19,588 nt of DNA from an uncultured Fibrobacterales bacterium. Its GTDB lineage: Bacteria > Fibrobacterota > Fibrobacteria > Fibrobacterales > CAWVXU01. Every line of letters starts with the position of its first letter. Position 1 is the first letter of the stretch. The position numbers and the translations under genes are program-made. Under the pieces are notes generated by a model. That model had not been told where the DNA came from and searched no databases. It worked only from the letters and a program-made list of their open reading frames with translations. Below are positions 1 to 7,477 of this stretch, one piece after another. The DNA is taken from contig CAWVXU010000050.1 in the NCBI GenBank assembly GCA_963934255.1, positions 1 through 19,588 of the forward strand, written 5' to 3'.

Positions 1-263
1 GCTCTTTGTTGTGAAGATAATTCGCTTGAGTTTCCACTAAGGGCTTCAAGAATCTCTCCGAGTTCTGGCGAGGTAGATTTGGCATGAATAATACCTGATA
101 AAGCACTAAGTGATTCAGCTCTTTGCACTCCAGCAGCTGCAGGCATATTAGTTTCTTGATCCCATTCAAGTAACATACTTGCAGAAGTCAAAGACGTAAT
201 TTCTTTTTGAATATCAAGAAGTTTTCGATAAGAATTTGTTGTATTTAAATGTTGAGAATCCAC
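1..263 (-). CDS. M32 family (Taq-type) carboxypeptidase, N-terminal part; runs off the window start
   Basis: Not in the ORF track. Manual translation from GTG at 263 gives (M)DSQHLNTTNSYRKLLDIQKEITSLTSASMLLEWDQETNMPAAAGVQRAESLSALSGIIHAKSTSPELGEILEAL..., open to position 1. LLxWDQETxMP...R...L..L...H...TSPELGE is the characteristic M32 N-terminus. GAGGTG SD-like sequence at 267-272. Confidence 0.88.
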   Translation of the reverse strand, partial: MDSQHLNTTNSYRKLLDIQKEITSLTSASMLLEWDQETNMPAAAGVQRAESLSALSGIIHAKSTSPELGEILEALSGNSSELSSQQR

Positions 264-275
264 ATTCACCTCAGG

Positions 276-2204
276 TTAAGAGTTTTGAAGTTCCTTCTCA
301 AGTAAAGCAGTCGCATCATCTACAAGTAAAGGTTTTGAAAAGAAAAAACCTTGAATTTGATCACAATCATGACCTTTTAGGAAATTCAATTGTTCTTCTG
401 TTTCTACCCCTTCAGCGATAATACTTAGGTTAAGATTTTTCGCCATAGCTATAATTGTAGCTGTAATTGACTCATTGTCTTTATCTTTAGATGGGATATC
501 TTTGATGAAACTTCGATCAATTTTTAAAGTATCAATTGGGTATTGCTTAAGGTATGATAGTGAAGAGTAGCCGGTGCCAAAATCATCTATAGATATTTGC
601 AGCCCAATGTCATGAAGTTTTTGAAGTGTTTCAATTGTCTTAGTAACATCCTTCATGGCAACAGACTCGGTAATTTCAACTTTCAAATATTTAGCTTCAA
701 GTCCTGTTTCTCTGAGGACCCTTTCAACAGACTTGGGTACATCGCTATAGGAAAACTGTGGTGCAGATACGTTCACCGCAATAAGAATTTTATCAAAACC
801 TTGATCTACCCATTTTTTCATTTGGATACATGCTTTTTTAAGAATCCATTCGCCAATGGGCATAATCAATCCAGACTCTTCTGCAACCGGAATAAAAATA
901 ACAGGACGAATAATACCAAGTGATGGGTGCTTCCAGCGAACCAGAACTTCAAAAGCCCCAATAGTCTCTTCTGGTATATTATAAATAGGTTGATAACTTA
1001 AAAAGAGTTCATCACGATCTATAGCCTGACGAAGGTTTAGCTCTAATTTATAAGTTTCGTACTCTTTATCTCTCATTGATTGAGAGAACACCTCAATCGT
1101 TCCTTTGCCCTTTTTCTTGGCTTGGCTTAAAGAGGTATTGGCATCACGAAGTAAAACCTCAGTCGCGTCATGAGTTTCATTATTAAATACAATACCCATT
1201 GAAACTGAGATGAAAATATCTTTTGTGCCAATATGAAAAGGTTTCGACAATTCAGTCTTAACTCTTTGAGAAAAATGAGTTGCATCGCCTGCTTGTCTGA
1301 TGTCATTGACTATAATTGCAAATTCATCCCCACTCATCCTTGATAAAATATCAGGACCTCGAAGGCACTTATGAATTCTTTTGGCGACTTCTTTGAGTAG
1401 CTCATCACCTGTTTGGTGATTCATATTTTCATTAATAGCTTTGAATTTATCTATACCAATAATGATTACTGCAAAAATATAATCTGAATTTTCCTTTGTT
1501 TTATAGAGAACCTTACTCAATTCATCAACAAAACATGCACGATTGGGTAGTAAGGTCAATCTGTCATGATAAGCATTATGACGAAGTTCTTTTTCAATCA
1601 ACTTTTGATCGGTAATATCTGAAATTGATCCAGCCATTCTCACGGCTTTATTTTGTTTATTACGTTTAACTTTACCACGGATTCGAAGGTATTGATACAC
1701 CTCGGTTGATTGAATAATTCTTATTTCAATATTAAATGGTGAGTTATACACCAAGTGGTTGCGCAGAGCTTTATCAAACTCTGTTCGATCTTTGGGGTGA
1801 AGATGTGATTTGAATTTATCAAATTTATCTTCAAGTGCACCTTTATCCATAGATAAAATCTGGTACACTCGGTCTGACCAAAAAACTTTGTCATGTGCAA
1901 TATCCCAATCCCAAATACCATCATTGGTACCATCAATTACTAATTGTAGACGGCCCTCCATATCTTGAACGCTAGATACACCCGAATCAGGATCATTTGT
2001 AGAAAGAGGAGCATCACCATCAAACTCTTCTTCTTCAGAGTCTTCATAATTTGCTGGTCTAGTGTCCAAATTGGCAAGTAAATAAGATAATACTACCATC
2101 ACTGGGAGTAAGACTGGATGCATATATATATAAAGGTACCAACTCAATCCTGCTAGAATGACCCCTACGCCGATTTTAAGATATATACTCTTTGGTTGAT
2201 GCAT
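276..2204 (-). CDS. Membrane-anchored PAS-GGDEF-EAL protein, probable c-di-GMP phosphodiesterase
   Basis: Two N-terminal hydrophobic segments and an acidic linker. PAS (DGIWDWD...VFWSDR...LHPKDR...GSISDIT). GGDEF domain (AYHDRLTLLPNR, SGDEF). EAL domain with EVLVRW, AVNVS, VEITES, DDFGTGYSSL, LKIDRSF, AEGVET and QGFFFSKP. Confidence 0.95.
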   Translation of the reverse strand: MHQPKSIYLKIGVGVILAGLSWYLYIYMHPVLLPVMVVLSYLLANLDTRPANYEDSEEEEFDGDAPLSTNDPDSGVSSVQDMEGRLQLVIDGTNDGIWDWDIAHDKVFWSDRVYQILSMDKGALEDKFDKFKSHLHPKDRTEFDKALRNHLVYNSPFNIEIRIIQSTEVYQYLRIRGKVKRNKQNKAVRMAGSISDITDQKLIEKELRHNAYHDRLTLLPNRACFVDELSKVLYKTKENSDYIFAVIIIGIDKFKAINENMNHQTGDELLKEVAKRIHKCLRGPDILSRMSGDEFAIIVNDIRQAGDATHFSQRVKTELSKPFHIGTKDIFISVSMGIVFNNETHDATEVLLRDANTSLSQAKKKGKGTIEVFSQSMRDKEYETYKLELNLRQAIDRDELFLSYQPIYNIPEETIGAFEVLVRWKHPSLGIIRPVIFIPVAEESGLIMPIGEWILKKACIQMKKWVDQGFDKILIAVNVSAPQFSYSDVPKSVERVLRETGLEAKYLKVEITESVAMKDVTKTIETLQKLHDIGLQISIDDFGTGYSSLSYLKQYPIDTLKIDRSFIKDIPSKDKDNESITATIIAMAKNLNLSIIAEGVETEEQLNFLKGHDCDQIQGFFFSKPLLVDDATALLEKELQNS

Positions 2205-2213
2205 AACTAATAT

Positions 2214-2238
2214 ATAGATTATTGCATAGATTATTGCA
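2214..2238. repeat. 12-bp tandem direct repeat (ATAGATTATTGC x2) directly upstream of the GGDEF-EAL gene
   Basis: Exact copies at 2214-2225 and 2226-2237, followed by a degenerate third start (ACAGAGTT). Confidence 0.8.
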
Positions 2239-2254
2239 CAGAGTTTATCTAGCC

Positions 2255-3001
2255 TTAGTCTCTTTCACCCCAAAATGATTTTAAATACTTTTCAGAACTA
2301 ATCAAAATAGGCATTAGATAGGCATGCTGCCCTTTCGCTTTGACCATCGATAGGATTTCATTGGCCAATTTGGCATTAGCTTCAATTGAAATGTCAAATT
2401 TCTTGGGGAAAACCACCTGATTGATTCGTTCCCAATATTTAACCGATTTTTCAGAGTTAACCGGGGATATTCCAGCAAAAAAGGTAATACCTTCTAATTG
2501 GTCCAAATAAATTTCTAGCAGACGAGAATCAAAAAACGCTTGAGAAAAGACTCCATCCATTCCCGCAGCTATTTTTTTGTGTACATAAGCAATTTCGTCT
2601 TTAAAGTTTTGTCGATATGGGTCAACCGCACCATAGACTTTCAAGCTAGGAAAGGCTTGTTTTACTGAGCTAGTCAAGGTAATTGGAGTTTCACCTGATG
2701 GTTTAAAATCAGGGAAGTCAGGAGCATCGCCTGATATAATTACAACCTTCTCAAGTCCTAATTCAATTAATGGCTTCAGAATAAAATTAAGCTGATCTCC
2801 ACGATGATCCATTGCACGAATATGAGGGATCGTCGGGATTCCAGCTCGAAGTAGGGCTTCGGTTGCTTCCCATGACCGGATATCAAGACGAATCACATCA
2901 GGAATATTGATGTATTGTAATTCAGGATACCTCGACAGTGCTTGCTTTGCTTCCTTAACTAAGGATTCAATTGACCTGGGCACTAACTCTAATGATACCA
3001 T
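2255..3001 (-). CDS. metF: Methylenetetrahydrofolate reductase, short divergent MetF-type
   Basis: MTHFR TIM-barrel landmarks in variant form: SLELVPR (cf. SFEFFPP), INIPD, PHIRAMD (cf. HLTC), IISGD (cf. LRGD), KIAAGMDGVFSQAFFD (cf. KxxAGA...TQxFFD) and FAGISPV. SD GGAG upstream. Confidence 0.85.
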   Translation of the reverse strand: MVSLELVPRSIESLVKEAKQALSRYPELQYINIPDVIRLDIRSWEATEALLRAGIPTIPHIRAMDHRGDQLNFILKPLIELGLEKVVIISGDAPDFPDFKPSGETPITLTSSVKQAFPSLKVYGAVDPYRQNFKDEIAYVHKKIAAGMDGVFSQAFFDSRLLEIYLDQLEGITFFAGISPVNSEKSVKYWERINQVVFPKKFDISIEANAKLANEILSMVKAKGQHAYLMPILISSEKYLKSFWGERD

Positions 3002-3055
3002 ATTGCTCTCCGCTTATTTTATTCAAAAACAAATTCGATTACTGAATTTTTAACA

Positions 3056-3084
3056 AAATTAAAAACTCTGAAATCTATGGTCAA
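3056..3084 (-). promoter_or_regulatory. Putative sigma70 promoter of metF
   Basis: Minus strand TTGACC (3084-3079), 17-nt spacer, TAATTT (3061-3056). Confidence 0.6.
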
Positions 3085-3140
3085 CACATTTATGCAAATA
3101 TTCACATATATGCATAAATGTGTTTTTGTTTATATGTGAT
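3083..3140. promoter_or_regulatory. Palindromic operator-like array between ftsK and metF
   Basis: Perfect 14-bp inverted repeat AACACATTTATGCA (3083-3096) / TGCATAAATGTGTT (3111-3124). Further related units at 3101-3114 and 3127-3140. Overlaps the metF -35 element. Confidence 0.65.
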
Positions 3141-3149
3141 ATTGAAAAA

Positions 3150-6100
3150 TTAATAATCATCCAAAACTATATCATCGGTATCACCTGATAAAAAGCTTCG
3201 CAACTCTTCTTCAGTCATTAATATATTTCGTGCTTTAGCGCCCCGCGCCGGCCCAATAATCCCGGCTGCCTCAAGTTGATCGACAAGACGGCCTGCTCGA
3301 GCATATCCAATCTGGAGTCTGCGCTGGTACATAGAAGCTGAAGCTTTACCGCTATGCACAGCAAGCTCTGCTGCATCATGAAAATGTTCATCTCTAGGAC
3401 CGATAGCATCTTCTGGGTCAGAGTCTTTACCTTTTTTATCGGAACCACCCGAGCCTTCAAAATCAAAACTTTCTAGCTGATTTCGCTCAACATTTTGATT
3501 GGAACACGCATCAGTGATTACTTCAATTTCATCATCAGTCAAGAAGGCTCCATGAACTCGCACTGCTTCTGGGTCACTCATACTTTTAAATAGCATGTCA
3601 CCACGCCCTAAAAGTTTTTCGCCACCCGACTTATCTAGAACTGTACGAGCATCAATATGAGATGCCACTTTAAAACAGATACGAGTTGGAAGATTTGCTT
3701 TAATGGTCCCTGTAATGACATTCGTTGATGGTCGTTGAGTCGCTAGAACCAAATGAATACCAACAGCTCGAGCTTTTTGAGCGATTCGCGAGATACTGAT
3801 TTCTACTTCTTTACCAGCCACCATCATCAAGTCTGCTAATTCATCTATCATAATAACGATAAATGGCATTTTTTTATTCTCAGCCGGTTCAAGCTTATCC
3901 TCAAGCCCACCCTTAGCAATCTTAGCATTAAAGCCGGCCAAATTTCGTACTCGAATCTTAGCGAGAACTTCGTAACGTCGATCCATTTCCCAACATGCCC
4001 ATTTAAGAGCGCTAATTGCAAGCTCTGGGTCAGTGATAACAGGGTAAAGCAGGTGAGGAATATCTTCATAGGGTTTTAACTCTACAACTTTTGGATCAAC
4101 GAGCAACATTTTTAATTCATCTGGTGATTTGGTCGCCAAAATAGACGCCATCAAGGTATTGATACAAACAGATTTACCAGAGCCTGTTTGTCCAGCGATA
4201 AGTAGATGTGGTGCTTTAGCTAAGTCCATTGTATATGGTTCGCCTGAAATATCTTTCCCTAAGGCAATGATAATTTGATCATCAGTGTTTTCTTCGCGAG
4301 CAGCCCCTACAATAGGTTTGCCATAGACTATCTGAGAACTAGAATTAGGGATTTCAATTCCCACTGCAGCTTTACCTGGTATAGGCGCCAAAATACGCAC
4401 TGATTTAGCCTTAAGAGCCAGTGCAAGGTCATCTTGTAATCCTGAAATTTTCGAAACTTTCACTCCAGGTGCCAAATCAATTTCAAAACGAGTGATAACA
4501 GGACCCGTTGTAATCCCTACAACCTTGCCCTTGACTTTGAAATTGGCCATTTGAGCTTCAAGCTGAGCTGACATCAATTGAAGATCGTGGGGATTAAGAT
4601 CTAGCTTTTGTTCAGGGGGCTCAGGAAGCAGAGCTTGGATATCTGGGATAACATACTCTGAAGAGGCGATGATTTTTTTGACTTGTGGTCGTGAAGAGGT
4701 TTTAGTTTTAGGGGGTTGATTTGTTGATTGCGCCTGTAGCTCAGTATTTTCACTATCGCTTTTATCAAATAGGTTCGTCGGAACTTGATTTAAATTCATT
4801 TTTTGAGTTTGACGATTTTGCTCGGGTTGATTCTTATGCCCACCTTGCACAAGGGAACTCACGTCAAATGCAATTGTCTTATCAAGATCAACTGAATTCT
4901 CTTCAGCCACCCACTCTTCATTGGCTACTTCATTAGTTATTTCATGGGCATTTTCAAATTCAGCTGCATTTGAAATAATACCTTCAATTTTAACTTGCTT
5001 TTTGTCCTGAACTTCCCATTTATTGAGCTCACGCGCACGTTCTAATTGATTAGCATCATCAAGCAGGCGGCGTAGCTCGCGAGGATCTAGAGCATCACGA
5101 TCATGTGGAGACATTGCAGCTAGTATTTGCCTTGCATCCAAAGCTCGCTCTTCAATCACTTCCATATCTATGATTGTTTCACTATGCTCACTTAGCTTTT
5201 CTTCATCTTCAACTATTACAGTTGATAAATCCATCAACGGAATGGATTCAATTTCAGACTTTTTCTTTTTTGATGTTTTTACAATTAGATGATCACCTAA
5301 CATATCTCTTTTAGATTCAATCAAATCAGCAATTTCTTCTAACAACTCCTCGTTTACTTCATTTTCATATTTTTTAAGTAACTCTTCTTGTTTCTTTTTA
5401 CGGATGAGCTGAGCTGCGGGGCTGTGTTTTAATAAGCGCTCGTCAGCTTTCTCTTGAGCTCTTAGCTTTGCTGTTTCAATGATTTCCGTACACTTTGCAA
5501 GTAGGTAAATAACCCACTCTGATGGTTTCCAATTGAAGCCCCATATTAATGTGATGAAAAAAGCTGAACCAATAAGAATGTACGACCCCATCTTACTTTC
5601 TTGAAATACCGGCTGCAAAACAAAACTCATTATAAAGTTGCCTAATGCTCCACCAGTATTAATAAAATCATAAATTATTGGAATTGTATTTGATTGATTT
5701 GAAATTGACAACAAAAGACTCGTTTGAACTGAAACGAGTAAGGCAAAAATACTCCAGCGCCATGATAGTTTTTCCCAATGAGGCACCAACACTTTAATAC
5801 CAAATAAAAACAAAAATGGCAAGAACAAAAGCACAGGAAGTTTTCCAAATATTTGTAGTAAATTAGTTGCTAAAAATTTACCCAACCAAGGTCCAAATAA
5901 ATGAGTTCCACCTTGACTGACAAATTGCATAACTACAGATGACAAACTCACCAAAGCAAATAAAACAATAACCCAACCAATAATTTCTCGGATGTTTGAA
6001 GGACGGATGTCAACATTTTCGTCACCTTTAGATTGTTTGGGAGACTTTTTTGTTTTAGCCTTTTTACCAGCTTCTTTTAATTCAAGTTTCGCTTTGGCTT

Positions 6101-6299
6101 TCTTAAAGCGTTCAGCTGATTTCTTTTTCTTTTCTTCATCTTTTTGTAATCGTTCTTTCGCCTTAACTTCTAATTGTGCTTTCTTAACTACAGAGGCTTT
6201 GGGGCGATTTTTAGACGAGCCATTTGATTTAGACTTAAGCTTGGATTGCAAATTATTTTTCTTCTTCACTGTCGACTTGGCTTTTGAACGATTAAACAC
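3150..6299 (-). CDS. ftsK: DNA translocase FtsK
   Basis: N-terminal multi-TM region and long linker. Alpha domain (GPVITRFEIDLAPGVKVSKI), Walker A HLLIAGQTGSGKS, Walker B IMIDELADLMM, LATQRPS, GEKLLGRGDML. Gamma domain (SASMYQRRLQIGYARAGRLVDQLE). GTG start with GAGGG upstream. Confidence 0.97.
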   Translation of the reverse strand: MFNRSKAKSTVKKKNNLQSKLKSKSNGSSKNRPKASVVKKAQLEVKAKERLQKDEEKKKKSAERFKKAKAKLELKEAGKKAKTKKSPKQSKGDENVDIRPSNIREIIGWVIVLFALVSLSSVVMQFVSQGGTHLFGPWLGKFLATNLLQIFGKLPVLLFLPFLFLFGIKVLVPHWEKLSWRWSIFALLVSVQTSLLLSISNQSNTIPIIYDFINTGGALGNFIMSFVLQPVFQESKMGSYILIGSAFFITLIWGFNWKPSEWVIYLLAKCTEIIETAKLRAQEKADERLLKHSPAAQLIRKKKQEELLKKYENEVNEELLEEIADLIESKRDMLGDHLIVKTSKKKKSEIESIPLMDLSTVIVEDEEKLSEHSETIIDMEVIEERALDARQILAAMSPHDRDALDPRELRRLLDDANQLERARELNKWEVQDKKQVKIEGIISNAAEFENAHEITNEVANEEWVAEENSVDLDKTIAFDVSSLVQGGHKNQPEQNRQTQKMNLNQVPTNLFDKSDSENTELQAQSTNQPPKTKTSSRPQVKKIIASSEYVIPDIQALLPEPPEQKLDLNPHDLQLMSAQLEAQMANFKVKGKVVGITTGPVITRFEIDLAPGVKVSKISGLQDDLALALKAKSVRILAPIPGKAAVGIEIPNSSSQIVYGKPIVGAAREENTDDQIIIALGKDISGEPYTMDLAKAPHLLIAGQTGSGKSVCINTLMASILATKSPDELKMLLVDPKVVELKPYEDIPHLLYPVITDPELAISALKWACWEMDRRYEVLAKIRVRNLAGFNAKIAKGGLEDKLEPAENKKMPFIVIMIDELADLMMVAGKEVEISISRIAQKARAVGIHLVLATQRPSTNVITGTIKANLPTRICFKVASHIDARTVLDKSGGEKLLGRGDMLFKSMSDPEAVRVHGAFLTDDEIEVITDACSNQNVERNQLESFDFEGSGGSDKKGKDSDPEDAIGPRDEHFHDAAELAVHSGKASASMYQRRLQIGYARAGRLVDQLEAAGIIGPARGAKARNILMTEEELRSFLSGDTDDIVLDDY

Positions 6300-6305
6300 T
6301 AGACA

Positions 6306-7400
6306 TTACCCTCTTTGATAAAAACGACGTGAAACAACTTGAGCAGCCTTAGATTTTTCTCTAATCATGATACTGACATCATTTCCTATTTTGACTTTGG
6401 ACTTCAATACTCGAGCCATAGCAATTGACTTACCCGAAAGAGGAGAAATTGATCCACTTGTAATAACACCAATTTTTTCTTCACCGAGAAAAACTTCATA
6501 CCCTTCACGCGGAATACCTTTTTCGGTCATTTCAAGGCCAATTATTGTTGTTGCACCGGCTTCAGATTTCGCAAGTACCATTGCATCTCGACCTCTAAAC
6601 TCTGTTTCTAGATCACAAATCCAAGCGAGTCCTGAGTCAAGTGGATGAGTTTCAAGATTGAGCTCATGACCATATAAGGAATAACCAGCTTCTAATCGTA
6701 ATGTGTCTCTGCAACCTAGTCCACAAAGTTCCAATTCAAAGTCTTTACCAAGCTTAAGGAATTGATTCCACATGGGGACAATTTGCGAATCATTTGGATA
6801 AAATTCAAATCCATCCTCACCTGTGTAACCCGTGCGACTCATCAGTAATTCAAAACCTTCATATTCAACTTTCGCACAAGAATAAAACGCCATATCCGTC
6901 ATTTCTTCACCCCAAATTTGCTGAACTACCTTTATAGCATTGGGTCCTTGCAAAGCCAATATCCCAAGTTCTGAACTACGATTCTTCAGTTCTACATCAT
7001 AAGAGGCTGAAAATTCGGAGAATTCCAACCAATCAACTTCTTTATTTCCAGCATTCACAATCACCTGAAATCGTTCTTCTTCATAGCGATAAACCAAAAT
7101 ATCATCAATCATCATGCCATCATCGCGACAAAGACTCGAGTATTGGACGTCTCCAATATTTAATTTGTGGACTCCATTACTAGTAAGTGCTTCTAAAAAG
7201 AGGAGTGATTGTGGGCCTAATACTTCAAAATTACCCATATGAGAAACGTCAAATAGACCTACTTTTTGGCGTACAGCTATGTGTTCTAGCTTAATACCAG
7301 CATAGGATACAGGCATTTCATACCCCGCAAATGGAACCATTTTAGCTCCGGCTAAATGGTGGATTTTATTTAGAGCTGTTTTAAAAAGTTCTGAAGACAT
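6306..7400 (-). CDS. gcvT: Glycine cleavage system aminomethyltransferase T
   Basis: GAKMVPFAGYEMPVSY, GLFDVSHMG, LALQGP, SRTGYTGEDGFE, GLGCRDTLRLEAG and GxITSGSISP motifs. Confidence 0.97.
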   Translation of the reverse strand: MSSELFKTALNKIHHLAGAKMVPFAGYEMPVSYAGIKLEHIAVRQKVGLFDVSHMGNFEVLGPQSLLFLEALTSNGVHKLNIGDVQYSSLCRDDGMMIDDILVYRYEEERFQVIVNAGNKEVDWLEFSEFSASYDVELKNRSSELGILALQGPNAIKVVQQIWGEEMTDMAFYSCAKVEYEGFELLMSRTGYTGEDGFEFYPNDSQIVPMWNQFLKLGKDFELELCGLGCRDTLRLEAGYSLYGHELNLETHPLDSGLAWICDLETEFRGRDAMVLAKSEAGATTIIGLEMTEKGIPREGYEVFLGEEKIGVITSGSISPLSGKSIAMARVLKSKVKIGNDVSIMIREKSKAAQVVSRRFYQRG

Positions 7401-7433
7401 AATTTCCGCCTGTAATAATAAGGTTTTTATAAA

Positions 7434-7449
7434 TATAATTTGTTAGAAT
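7434..7449 (+). promoter_or_regulatory. Putative -10 / extended -10 elements for the cyclase gene
   Basis: TATAAT at 7434-7439 and TGnTAGAAT at 7441-7449, in the 77-bp divergent gcvT/cyclase spacer. Confidence 0.4.
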
Positions 7450-7477
7450 TTATTGATGATCAGAGAGAGCCCTATTC

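Noticed and set aside
236..923. Short plus-strand ORFs 236..421 and 597..923, and similar nested ORFs inside ftsK, gcvT, the cyclase, fapA and lexA
   Set aside because: They overlap well-supported genes in other frames or strands and have no recognisable motifs.
3002..3055. Possible SAM, THF or cobalamin riboswitch in the metF leader; weak AAATTC/GAATTT hairpin at 3031-3049
   Set aside because: The predicted leader is only about 50 nt, very AU-rich, and lacks recognisable aptamer consensus.
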